Positions 16,601 through 32,032 of a DNA stretch of 64,000 nucleotides are shown one piece after another. A program made the position numbers and the translations under genes. The notes under the pieces were generated by a model. It was not told the origin of the DNA, made no database searches, and saw only the letters and a program-made list of their open reading frames with translations. Positions within the stretch are counted from its first letter, which is position 1; each line of letters begins with the position of its first letter. This DNA comes from Eledone cirrhosa (lineage: Eukaryota). The stretch is from the NCBI GenBank assembly GCA_964016885.1, contig OZ024742.1:47926001-47990000 (forward strand), in the 5' to 3' direction.

Positions 16601-17396
16601 TGTTAAGCTATTTATGTATGGGAATTATCTTGAAAATCAGTTTCTTGGAAAGGAATATGACATCCGGTAATCTGTGGAATATCCTCTATTTTTTTCGCCA
16701 CAGGACCCAGATTCCTTTGGGGGTAACCCCCACCCTAGACTGTTCCTGTCCCTTAACCCTTTTGCATTTAAACCAGCCATATCCGGCCAGAATTCTCTCA
16801 CCTCTTTCTGTTCAAACTGGCTGTAGCTGGCAACTCATACTGATGTTAAGGTATTGTTCTCAAAATAAATAATATCAAAATCTCATGGATTCGTTATTAT
16901 GTGAGGTAAAGTCTTTACTGTGACAATACAATAGCTGTTACCAAGATGAAAACTGCTCTTAAGAGCCAATGGCCATCCAAAATCACCGGGAGAGATGACC
17001 CCTTAGTCTTTGTCAGGGCAGAATTCTAGGAGAAGGAAAACTCTGATATAACACCTGCAACCCTGATTGTATCCAATGATGTTGACTTGTTCTTCTTTTT
17101 GGTAAATATCATCTTGGTTAAGAGAGTGGGACTGGCTTTGTGCAGTGCCTTTGCTCACTATAAAAGCTTCACGGCACAGGCATTGCTTTATATCTGGAGA
17201 TCTCTTTGCTCTTGTTGTTACATGATACCATGGGCCCAGCACTATGTGTCAATAATTGTCGCAGGTGTAGTGTTTGTACCAGAGTTTACAAGTTGCTGGC
17301 TGGACTGAAAAGTCACACTCGTTCAGCGCATCGGTAGGGGTTCTCCTACATGGATATAAAGTAGTGGCCGTACTCGAAAACGAGTTGGCAGCCACC

Positions 17397-17450
<54 letters not shown>

Positions 17451-17816
17451 ATGTATATGTATATGTATGTATGTGTATATGAAGGTATGTGTGTATATAT
17501 AGGTGTAAGTGCACTAAATCGCTTTCTATCAATCTCCCCTCTCCTACCGACCACAGGGAGATATATGTATGTATATTGCTTCCACCCCCTCACTGACCAG
17601 CAGCTGGCCATCTGGCCATTGCTAAATCTGACCTTTATAAAATAACCCACACCCCCAAATAACTTCTCATTCACTACCAGAAAGGCACACAGCAGTCAAC
17701 TAGCTGCTACCAAGATGAAAACTACTATGAAATCCCACAATGAATTTTATACTTGCATTTTCAAATCTCAAATTTTAACTCTTCTTATTATTAATTTTTC
17801 TAATATTAATCAACAT

Positions 17817-17854
17817 TTGAAAAGATGGCTTTTGCAGACCCATCGAAACCGGTC
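17817..17854 (+). ncRNA. Minimal HHR motif with U3-A8 core (inverted twin at 12946-12983, minus)
   Basis: TTGAAAA-gatgg-cttttgcagac-ccatc-GAAA-CCGG-TC. Stem II has 5 bp, stem III is palindromic and the triplet is GUC. Confidence 0.65.
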
Positions 17855-17969
17855 ATTTTTTATGCCCTTTATTATTTCCTTACCTTATAAAATTATATGT
17901 TTTTCACAAAAAAGTATTCTGTCTCTTATATATTCCATGTGCCATTACCAACCTCAATTTTCTCTCGCG

Positions 17970-20461
<2,492 letters not shown>

Positions 20462-20559
20462 TCCAAAATTAAGATAAATTGAATGAATTTAATCCAAATC
20501 GAAATTGTGGGTGTCATGTCATAAACATGCGCCATACATCCTGGAAATTAAGCTCTAAG

Positions 20560-20664
20560 ATAAGTCTGAGCGTACAATAATAACTAGAAATTGATTAACA
20601 TATAAATATACATGAATAATCACAGGAGATAATTTTAGCCCGCGTGTAACCACGCATAGCTAGT
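20560..20664 (+). mobile_element. Possible Helitron 3' terminus
   Basis: Hairpin gcgtg-taac-cacgc followed closely by CTAG-T. No 5' end or coding sequence identified. Confidence 0.35.
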
Positions 20665-21021
20665 ATAGGTAATATTTACCGTTAAGTATGATTAACCTTC
20701 CTTGTATATATCCCATTAAAGAAATATATTTCACCAATTAATCAGATGGTAAGTCACAGATAGTGGACATTATTGGATTGTCAACAAGGAAAGTGTAACA
20801 ATTTTCAGCTATCCATCCTTACAGGACGAGCCAAAATTTTCCAACTAGCCGTCGCCACGTGTTGCGTCTACACACGATAACGGTTTCGTTTCAGTGGTGT
20901 GAATAGGTATTTGCCAACTAGAAATAGCAGTCAAATTTTCTTCAACAGAAATAGCTCTACAGTTAAGGAGCAGTATATATATATCTATATCCAAAATATG
21001 TATATATATATATATATGCAT

Positions 21022-21125
<104 letters not shown>

Positions 21126-21179
21126 GTGTTTATATGTATATACATACATTTGTTTGTATGTATATATATATATATTTAT

Positions 21180-22468
21180 ATATTTATTAAAATAACATTA
21201 AAGTTTAAGCAAAGAATCGCTGCTTTCAACCTTAACGGGATCTTCTGAAACTAACAAAGTCAATCTGTAAACGCAGAAGTGGATATTTCAAAAAACGTTG
21301 CAACCGAAGGAAGACAGAAAGACGATACTTTGGTTCGTGGAAATGTTCCCTGGCAAAGAACAGGAAAAAATGAATATAATACGTCATTAATAGGAGCGGT
21401 GAAAAACTCAAAGACAAAACCACGTTTATGGTATAATAGAAGTCGTAGACTAATGTTCTCTTAGGTGGTACATAGAGACGTTCTCTGGCAATGAACAGAA
21501 AAAATGAAGATGATACGTCATATGTGGAGCGTGGAGAACAATTGCACGCAAAGAAAAAAACATGTAAATGGTATAGCTGAAGTCGTAGACAAAAATTCTA
21601 ACAAGGAAACCGAATGATTCTCCGCTTCAGAGTTAAGAATAAAGTAAATAGAATACAATACAGTGATAATTGATATTAAATAAATACATACACGCATCCA
21701 AATAGGTACATACACAGGCATACGCGAAAACACTCGCTATAGGTATACAAACCACGCACATATAAATATGTGTGTATGTGTGTGCATGTATACAAATAAA
21801 TAAGTAATTAAATAAACGTATATAAATAAATAAATACGTATATAACAAGCGCATACACATACCTACATGTAAATATACAAATGTTCGGAGACGCACGTCA
21901 ACCAAAACATGAAGTACACATATACACACACCCAACATACGTACGAACCCGCATACTCAGACAGACGCAAAACTCCGTATACACATAACCAAAGGTATAT
22001 GTACCAGAATATATAAAAAATATACGCCATAACATATACAATCAAATATACGTACGAGAAAGTATACGTACCTTCACGAAACATACAGGTAATATATACT
22101 TACCTATGCAAATAAGTAATAGTATAAACATAACATATACTTAGCTACCAGATCAAGACGTAAAATATCCACGTATAGATCGTACTAACCGTTATGGTAT
22201 AATGTGGGGCTGTAATACAGGAAGGTTTTGTGCAATTTATGTTTACAAGCCGAAATTGCCTGAGATTTTTTGTTTAAGATGTGGTCTGTTGCGTAGAGTA
22301 TTTCCAGGGCCTCAGCGGCTCAGAGGTCACATGGTCTTTTATTTCCGTTATACGATCTAGCCCTAGCTAGGATATCCCAGTGAAAGTTATATTGGGTATT
22401 TGCTATATATTTATCCGTATCGAACCCTCTTTGGGTTTTAGTCTTCAAATTTATTGTTATTACTATAT
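21180..22468 (-). mobile_element. 5'-truncated copy of the Naiad family at 52320-56166
   Basis: Reverse complement matches the EN C-terminus (HWDILARARSYNGNKRPCDL) and 3' region of 54950-56166. 22400-22468 is an oppositely oriented copy of that family's 5' leader. Confidence 0.88.
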
Positions 22469-22469
22469 A

Positions 22470-23502
22470 TATATGTACGTATGGGTTAACCGAACATTTA
22501 TTATAATGTTCGGTTTGTTTGTACAGCCCCAATTACGCCGTACAGAGTTCGGCAACCATCTTTGCCCTTTTGTTCAACACTGACAAAGGAACAATGAGCT
22601 AGTTTCAAGCTTATTAGCTATCGTCAACTTCGTATACCTTCCTGTCAGATGATTGAACGTTTGAAAGTATATACTTTCCTTATGCATATTAACGGCTGAG
22701 CAGCCTAATTTGCATATCGAGTCAGTTAGTCGGCCGGGTCAACCGAAAAGGAAGAATGGAAATGAATGAAACGAAATTTCATTTCAATTATCAATCTTGG
22801 TACGGCTGATACTTAAATATATCTATGTATACGTACATACATATATATATACAGACGTACTGTAGTATGTATATATATACATACATGCACACATTTCATA
22901 TAGATATAAGTATGGGTTTACCGAACATTTATTATAGTGTTCGGTTTGATTGTAAACAAACAGCCGCAATTACGCCGTACAGAGTTCGGCAACCATCGTT
23001 GCCCTTTTGTTCAACACTGACAAAGGAACAATGAACTAGTTTCAAGCTTATTAGCTATCGTCAGATTCGTATACCTTTCTATCAGATGATTGAACGTTTG
23101 AAAGTATATATTTTCCTTATGCATATTAACGGCTGAGCAGCATAATTTGCATATCGAGTCAGTTAGTCGGCCGGGCGAACCGGAAACGATAACTGGAAAA
23201 GAATGAAATGAAATTTCATTTCCTTTCTTACTCTTAGTACGGCTGATACTTAAATATATGGGTTTACTGAACATTTATTATAATGTTCGGTTTGCTTATA
23301 ATAAATGTTCGGTAAACCCATACTTACATATATATATATGTGTGCGTGTATGTATATATATACATACTACTGTACGTCTGTATGCATATATGTATGTACG
23401 TATACATACTTATATTTAAGTATCAGCCGTACTAAGAATGAGAAATAAAATGAAATTTCGTTTCATTATTTTCCATTTATCGTTTTCTGTACGCCGGCCC
23501 GG
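22470..23502. mobile_element. Non-coding ~435-bp-unit element: tandem units then fold-back
   Basis: atgggtt(a/t)ac.gaacattta at 22481, 22912 and 23258. The sequence inverts near 23298 and continues as reverse complement to ~23500. Confidence 0.85.
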
Positions 23503-24289
23503 TCTTTTATCAGACTTTAATCAATTCAATGATTTGCATCCTAGACTATGACTGGACATGTGAGATGACTGTTATTCAAGGTGGCGTGCATGTTAGATTG
23601 GATTTTCGCCTTTGCCCTCAAATCTTTAATGTTATCTTCACTGATACAGTCATATTTTGTCTTGGCTTTATAGCAGGTTACTTTTCATTTATTTATATTC
23701 ACTGTAGTTTTATTCAAATGTTTCTTGCAGTGTAGATTCGATCTTAACCATGTATTTCCCTCATGTTAACGTTAGTCCTCTTCTTTTATCGTGGAACTGG
23801 CTATACATGGGATTTTTCAGAATTCTATCGTTTGTCATTCTGATTGCATGATCAATTCATCTTAACTGGGATTGCAAAATAAAGGACTCAGTTCCATCGA
23901 TTATATATTTAGAGAATAGATCAAGATTTAAGATTCTGCCATCCCTAATTTTTTATCCATAAATGGTCCGAATGAATTGATTATGAAAGACTTCAAACTA
24001 ATTAATAATTGATCGATTGGGGGCTCATATTCGTGATCCTTACAGGAGAGGGAAACTACCCGCAGCTCGACCTACATGAATTTTGTTCACAATATTTCCC
24101 CTTTATCACGTTTATCACGTCTGTAACGTTGGCTATACGATTGGTTATTTATTCACTTGAGTGCATTTCTCTCGCCAGATGTGTGAATATCACTACATAT
24201 TCCAGATGAATTCCATCGATGATGACAGTTGGGATATGGAGTTGGTAAACTGGGTCTCCATGGATCATACATTATATATAATAATGTTT

Positions 24290-24420
24290 TCTACATTTGG
24301 CACAAGGCCCGTAATTATCCCAGGGCATTACTGGAACTTTATTTTATCGACCCCGTAAGAATGACAGGCAAAGTTAACCACGGTGGGATTCGAACTCAGA
24401 CCGTAAAGGGTCGTAACTTT
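24290..24420 (-). mobile_element. tRNA-derived SINE with Meta-type central domain
   Basis: Reverse complement contains gagttcgaatccc (B box) and ttaactttgcc..ggggtcgataaaataaag. Confidence 0.75.
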
Positions 24421-25009
24421 ATGCAGCAAAGTATGGCGTCCAGCCCTCCTCAAATATGGTTTAATTTCAAATACATGACATACTTTTCAATATACACACA
24501 TTCGTAAGCGATCGTTGGAGTGTATGCACTTAAATACACTCACGCGCAAACATATACACAAACAATTGTATTTAGTAGACGATAAGCAATATGAAATTAT
24601 GTTATTAAAAATCACTTGTACAAACACGAACATAATATGAATATGTGTGAATTAAATTAACTTTCTCTCAGACAGACAGAAAAGTGACAGAGGATATAAT
24701 GAGAAAGAAGTCGGGCATAGTACTCATCCCAGATGTCACATTCCTACCATGATGTCTCTTAATTTTCTCACGGCAATATTTTAAGTACAATCATCATTTT
24801 TTGTGCAAGTCATACTGTCAGTCTCTCATTCCCAGATGAACCTTCGTTGATGTATCTATCTACCTATGTAATCTATAGAATATTATCTGTATTTCTATCT
24901 CTATATCTACTCATGCTCATACACACATACGTGTGTGATTGTTTGTGTGTGTGCGCACAATCTACTCCGTGATTGTGTTCTCTCCTTGACCTTGAACTAT
25001 AGGCACAAG

Positions 25010-25040
<31 letters not shown>

Positions 25041-25264
25041 CCACACACACATACAACCACACACCTATATATATATACACACACATACATATATATATAT
25101 ATATGTATATATACACATATATACATACACACACATATATACATACACATACACACACACACATATATATATATACACATACCTACACATACATACACAT
25201 ACATATATTTACACACACACATGCATATATACTTACGTACAAATATATACACACACATATATAT

Positions 25265-25297
<33 letters not shown>

Positions 25298-25394
25298 GGA
25301 ACGATCGACTTTTGTCAAATCGGACCGTGGGAACAATGTTTCCGTTGGTCTTTCCAATTGCTAATACTATCTATCGGTCGCAACTCCAGGTAGA

Positions 25395-25515
25395 AGGAGC
25401 AACGTGAAATAAAGTGTCTTGCTCAAGGACATAACGCATTACCTGGTCCAGGAATCGAACTCACAACCTTACGATTGCGAATCCAATTCTCTAACCACTC
25501 AGCCACACGCCTTCA
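25395..25515 (-). mobile_element. tRNA-derived CORE-type SINE, 5' part
   Basis: Reverse complement: tggctgagtggttaga (A box), gagttcgattcc (B box), then ccttgagcaagacacttt (CORE-like). Confidence 0.75.
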
Positions 25516-25598
25516 TATATATATACACTCGTGTGTGTGTATGTCTGTGTGAGTGTGTGCGTGTGTGCGTCTGTGTGTATATTGTATATTAAATAATA

Positions 25599-26055
25599 TA
25601 CGGGGCGGTTCGAAAAGCATTAGAAGACCTTTCGCTATGAATTTTTAAGGTCGTGATTGCCATTACACATACAGTCTTGGCAAAAACACGGACACGTAAT
25701 CTGGGATGTCATCGTTTCTCCTTTATAAGGATTACATATCTCTCGTTTCGGCTGAAGCAAACTATGCTAGAATCTTATCGATTCGTGCCTATGTTTATGA
25801 GCTGATGAAGCTCATTTGCATATGGAGCGTTTGTCAGCAAGGCTTAACTTGAAAAAAAAAATGTATTGTTGCTCCTACATATCTTCAGCAAAAACGTGGA
25901 GATATGATATCTCGATAAACACTAATAAGTAAGAAACGATGACATCATCGATTACTTCCCTCTGTTTTCGTTGTGGCTGGGTGTGTGACGATGGCAACAA
26001 CCTTATAAATTCATAGCGGAAGGCCTTCAAATATTTTTCAAAATCATTCCGTATA
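25599..26055. mobile_element. Old Tc1/mariner-like MITE with diverged long TIRs
   Basis: ta-cggggcggttcgaaaag..gacctttcgctatgaattt mirrors aaattcatagcggaaggcc..tttttcaaaatcattccg-ta, with TA on both sides. A related fragment lies near 34480-34560. Confidence 0.55.
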
Positions 26056-26147
26056 TTATTCAATATACAAAATGTACATTCAGATGTATATTCCGTTGTG
26101 GTAGCACCAAAACAAATATGTATATATAATTATATATATATATATAT

Positions 26148-26305
26148 AAGTTGATCCCGGGTTAAATCTGGGGTATAACTATTTAATATAGAAATAGCTT
26201 CTACAGGACTAGAAGTGTTTTATTCGGAGGAAATCATCAGGCTTTCCAGGTTATTTGAGTATCTTTATTACTGTGGTTACCCCAGATTGAATTCGGGATA
26301 AACTC

Positions 26306-26308
<3 letters not shown>
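26148..26308. repeat. Small fold-back insert in (TA)n with ~30-bp imperfect inverted ends
   Basis: agttgatcccgggttaaatctggggta mirrors taccccagattgaattcgggataaact. Confidence 0.6.
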
Positions 26309-26348
<40 letters not shown>

Positions 26349-26378
26349 AAAGAATAGAGGTGTAACACACAAGTTATT

Positions 26379-26884
<506 letters not shown>

Positions 26885-27004
26885 GTATACATATATATAT
26901 ATATATGTATACATATATATATATATATATATATGTATACATATATATATATATATGTATACATATATATATATATATATGTATACATATATATATATAT
27001 ATGT

Positions 27005-27040
<36 letters not shown>

Positions 27041-27061
27041 ACTATATATATATATATATGT

Positions 27062-27143
<82 letters not shown>

Positions 27144-27365
27144 GGGAAAGTGAAAAATCGGAGAATAGACCGTTAAAACATGTTTATTGAAAATATCACC
27201 TACGTACGTTTCGCCCAGTTGGGCTTCTCAAGGGCATAAACAGTCACAAGTGTTCCTTATATAGTTTGGAAAGAGATTTGGGGGTTAAATCGACATCAAG
27301 ATTCATTGTTCGCAAAAATATCTTGTTTTGATTTTGCAGCAGGTCAAGGGAGGTAAATTTGGCGG

Positions 27366-28377
27366 GTGGGGCGACAGCGCATTAACACACATAAGAGCGA
27401 TCACTTAGATGGAACCACCCGTAGCAAAAGTACAAGGACACGTAATCGCCACCGTAACGTCCTATGGTTCCACCCCCCCCTACTCTCGAAGTGTGGCCTC
27501 CAACATACCCCGGATATTCTTCGAAGCCTTAGAGAAGAACTTCCCACCCAACCATAGGTATAGAACAATTCTTAATAGGAACAATATAAAAATATCCTTC
27601 TCTACTACTCCTTACCTAGCAGACATCATAGGAACAACGAACCACAGTAAGATCACCAAGACACAGCACCTCGACTCAGACGCACCTACACCTGACAATA
27701 ACTGTATCGGCCTTAACAACTCCCTGACAGCATCCAATAGTGTTGGCAACGGCATCCGCAGACGCAACCAGAATGACCGCGAAGTGACTGGGGAGCATGC
27801 AAAACATGGCGTGCGGAATAACAATCGCACCATCCCGCATGCTGTGGATTATAATTGTGCTAACGACAGCTGCGGTAGCACAGCTAACAACGTAGGCAGC
27901 AACAATGATAGCCTTATCGTGGGAAATAGACGGAACAGCGACAGAAATTGCAACTGCCGCGACAGAGGACGGTGCCCCCTTAGAGGATACTGCTTGACTG
28001 ATAGGGTTATATATAGATGCACTATTACTATCCACAATAGCGTTAAACATTATATAGGGGCCACCTCCGGCCCGTTCAAAATTAGGTTTCGAACACATCT
28101 CCACTCTTTCACAAATAGAAAACTAAGGCACTCCACCTCGCTCGCGGACTACATCACATCACTAAAGGACTTGAACATTAGCTTCTCCACGCACTGGGAG
28201 ATTGTCGACAGGGCTGCACCGTACAACTTCAAGAGGAAATGCGATCTTTGCCTCATGGAGCTCTACCACATCATAACTGCACCCCACGAGCTCATCAACA
28301 GCAGAGCTGAAACAGCGATAAGTTGTACACATCGCTTAAAAATATCCTTCTTTAGATGGGTTAAGAATGGAGAGTGA
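27366..28377 (+). pseudogene. Naiad C-terminal RT thumb + long linker + GIY-YIG endonuclease
   Basis: RNVLWFHPP/YS (frameshift in a C run near 27475), NFPPNHRY..ILNRNNIKISFS, CNCRDRGRCPLRGYC..VIYRC..YIGAT..FKIRF..H..CDLCLME..CTH. Confidence 0.9.
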
Positions 28378-28632
28378 AATAACACACTGGATCTCCCTGC
28401 AACAAGTCTTAACACCCCGGCGGGCAGGCGCAGCAAAACAACACCCAGAAAACGATCCCTGCATACGAAAAATTATCCGGGAAAGACTGCCCTAACACCG
28501 GCCAAAGTTACCTCCCTTGACCTGCTGCAAAATCAAAACAAGACATTTTTGCGAACAATGAATCTTGATGTCGATTTAACCCCCAAATCTCTTTCCAAAC
28601 TATATAAGGAACACTTGTGACTGTTTATGCCC

Positions 28633-28663
28633 TTGAGAAGCCCAACTGGGCGAAACGTACGTA
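28633..28663 (+). ncRNA. Minimal HHR motif with U3-A8 core (copies at 27201-27231 and 6106-6136, minus)
   Basis: TTGAGAA-gccc-aact-gggc-GAAA-CGTACG-TA-gg. Identical in three copies, with palindromic stem III. Confidence 0.7.
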
Positions 28664-28895
28664 GGTGATGTTTTCAATAAACATGTTTTAACGGTCTATT
28701 CTCCGATCTTTCACTTTCCCACGTGCTTACGCTCTGCTAACTCTCTAGCCCACTAAATATTAACACTTCGAATATTTAATACTGCCGGCACTAGTATCGA
28801 GCACCTTTGGCATACGCTACTTGGCAAATAACTATATGTATCACCTATCCCTCCTTTTTTCTCTCTTTCTCGATACGTAAATACTATATATGTAT

Positions 28896-29045
<150 letters not shown>

Positions 29046-29164
29046 GGAAGCAGAAAATTGCTTATTGTGATCCAGTTGGTGGTTAAGACACCCAGTTTCA
29101 TGGACGGTTTCAACGTACGGTTAGGGGTAACTCCACAAGTTTGTAAGAATTCCGTTCAATCTTG

Positions 29165-31800
29165 GAGTATAAAGTATAAAAGAGAAAAAACAGGTAAGCA
29201 TTAAGAGAAGGATTTTAGCCAGGTATTTACGACCGTGTCATTGGTAAGTGCAACCTTATATTGCTATACTGTAAATAGCAGCCACTCAATTATAATTGTT
29301 GTTCACCTCCAGATTTTCAAAATAGTGAGTAAGTTACTCTTTAAATAGTCCTTAATATATAGAGAAAAACATTTTTTTCGAATTGTATTTACTAGTATAG
29401 AGAGAGAGGAAGCGGATTTAGAAAGTGAGGGGACAAATGGAATAGTATAGAGAGAGAGGAAGGGGGAGAAGAGTTAGCAAGTAGAGTGACAAACTGAGAT
29501 GGAGGGAGGGGTAGATGTGGAATGATTCCTTGATCATCTTTGATACGTAGACTTCATGTCGTCGATTGTAGTGAGTTAAAGAGAATTAAATTGATCAAAG
29601 TGGAGGGGAGGGAGAGAGAGAGGGGGGATATATAAAGAGATATATATATATATGAAAAATAAAGATAAAAATAATAATTATAACGATAAAAGTAAAGAAG
29701 GGGTGAGAAAGAAGAAGAAAAAAGATAGCCAAAAACGGGATTGAAGAAAGGAAGGAAACGAAGAAATTGAAGAGGAATGAAGGAGAAGGGAGGGATATAG
29801 GTATTGGTTTTTGTGGGTAATTAAAGGGGTTAGATACAATAAGAGGGTATAAAGTCTAAGTATATTCATTTTGTCAGTTGGTAGTAAGAGGTTAAGGGCT
29901 CGATCTGCACTTGTAGTGCGAACATTTTTCTTTGAGTCTATGGTTACAATAAATTGATCTTTCGATTTTATTGTTGAGTAACCTATTCTTCGAACTCAAA
30001 ATATGGAACAGCTCAAGGTCACATAATCGACAGCTTCTCATACCACTCCGATATGGGGGCGCGTTCGATAATTTTTTCCATTTCGGGGTGTATTGATGGT
30101 TACTTTCCCTCAGTTGCCGTTTCTTGTTTGCAAGGGTAGTTATATAACGATGCTGGGAATGTTTCATTGCGTAACGGTGTGTATACTAACGGGCTTTAAA
30201 TGTATTCCCAGTCGCTCCGATGTAATCCCATTTCTGGTTGTCTGATTCCACTGTGCATTGGTAAACCAGGTTAGACTGCATACATTCATTATGTAATGGA
30301 CAGGTTTGGTGTAGGTCGCAGTTACAATTCTTGTCATGGGTAACTTTGGCATTATTGGTAGGCTGCGATGCCTGTACAAGTGTGTTACGTTTTGTTAGCT
30401 ATATTGTTAAAACACTTAATTGTTTCGGTAGCGTTACCCCATAGTTTAATCACTAGTTTATTGTTCATTTGTGCTATCACTCTGTCTAATATATGTTTAC
30501 TAATTTTCCTGATGTCCGATTTGGACGGGCATATAAGTCTTATTGTGGGGTTATAATCAACATTTACTTTGTGGACCTTGAGATTAAATGTGGGGGTACA
30601 TGGCCTAAGTGGCTCCGTTCTGTCGTCTATTCTTAGGTGTTTGACTATATTGTGTACCTCGTTCTTGATGTTTATCAGTGCCGTAATTATTTCCGTATGA
30701 AGTTATTGTATGTATTAACATCCATCGTATACACATTTGAGGTGTTGTCCGCTTTGACAATAAGTCCATTAGTATAGCCCGTTGGTGTACACACCGTTAC
30801 GCAATGAAACATTCCCAGCATCGTTATGTAACTACCCTTGCAAATAAGACCTGGCAACTGAGGGAACATAACAACCAATAAACCCTGAAGTGGAAAGAAT
30901 TATCGTACGCGCCCCCATATCGGAGTGGTATGAGAAGCTGTCGATTATGTGACCTTGAGCTGTTCCACATTTTGAGTTCGAAGAATAAATTACTGAAAAA
31001 TAAAATGAAAAATTCAATTTATTGTAACCATAGACTCAAAGAAAAGTTTTCGCACTACAAGTGCAAATCGAACCCTTAACTTCTTACTACCAACTGACAA
31101 ACTGCATATACTTAGACTTTATACCCTGTTATTGTATCTAACCCCTTTAATTACCCACAAAATCCAATACCTATATCCCTTCGCCTTCATTCCTCTTCTA
31201 TTTCTTCGTTTTCTTCCTTTCTTCCCTCCCCTTTTGACTATCTTTTCTTTTCTTCTTTCTCCCCCTTCTTTACTTTTATTTTTATCACTATTATTTTTAT
31301 CTTTATTTTTTATATATATATTTATCTCTTTATATCTCCCCCTCCCTCTCTCTATCTCTCCACCCCTCACAATATGATCAAGTTAATTCTCTTTAACTCA
31401 ATACAATCGACGACATGAAGTCTACGTATCAAAACTGATCAAGGAATCATTCCACCTCTACCCCTCCCTCCATCTCAGTTTGTCACTCTACTTCCTAACA
31501 CTTCACCCCCTTCCTCTCTCTCTATACTATTCCGTTTGTCCCCTCACTTTCTAATTCCTCTTCCTCTCTCTCTATACTAGTAAATACAATTCCAAAAAAA
31601 TGTTTTTCTCTATATATTAAGAATTATTTCAAGAGTAACTTAATTACTATTTTGAAAATTTGGAGGTGAACAACAATTCTAATTGAGTGGCTGCTATTTG
31701 CAGTATAGCAATATAAGGTTGCACTTACCAATGAAACGGTCGTAAATACCTGGATAAAATCCTTCTCTTAATGCTTACCTGTGTTTTCTCTTTTATACTA
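29165..31800. mobile_element. Internally deleted Naiad-type PLE forming a fold-back with ~1 kb arms
   Basis: ~29165-30185 mirrors ~30785-31800 (EN C-terminus + pseudo-LTR). The minus strand between them reads IVKADNTSNVY..RLICPSKSD..ISKHILDR and then CNCDLHQTCPLHNEC..LVYQC..YIGAT. Confidence 0.88.
31648..31748 (+). ncRNA. HHR motif with U3-A8 core and long stem II
   Basis: tatt-TTGAAAA-tttgg..(~75 nt)..ccaat-GAAA-CGGTCG-TA-aata. Stem I is tatt/aata. Confidence 0.55.
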
Positions 31801-31820
31801 TATATATATATATATGTATA

Positions 31821-31856
<36 letters not shown>

Positions 31857-31861
<5 letters not shown>

Positions 31862-32032
31862 GGAAATTCCATTATATCGAAATTCACGGAGTATAAAAAA
31901 TTCGTTGTAACGAAAAATTGTTTAGAACGAGATGAACCTAACACATCGAACGTGTGGCCAGGGATTGAAAGAAATTCCGTTATACTAAAAATTCGTTATG
32001 ATGGTATGATTTATAACGGATTTTTATCGGTA
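31857..32032. mobile_element. Degenerate pogo/Tigger-like MITE
   Basis: Ends aaattccattata and tataacggatttt mirror each other. Internal repeats of aaattcgtt(a/g)t; TA flanks. Confidence 0.45.

Larger units (their letters stand above)
12797..17965 (+). mobile_element. Neptune-type PLE with inverted terminal pseudo-LTRs
   Basis: ~12836-13360 is a near-identical reverse complement of ~17440-17965. The pair encloses the RT-EN ORF and a ~2 kb 3' region. Confidence 0.88.
27144..28890 (+). mobile_element. 5'-truncated Naiad-type PLE with inverted 5' pseudo-LTR
   Basis: ~27144-27356 is the reverse complement of ~28508-28720. The pair encloses the RT-thumb/GIY-YIG ORF. Confidence 0.9.

Noticed and set aside
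25440-25515. tRNA-like A and B boxes, also at 36118, 42071 and 46790
   Set aside because: These are SINE heads followed by CORE or Meta-type domains, with no complete cloverleaf.
25801-25835. CTGATGA-agctc..gagcg motif inside the MITE
   Set aside because: No GAAA, stem III or cleavage triplet follows.
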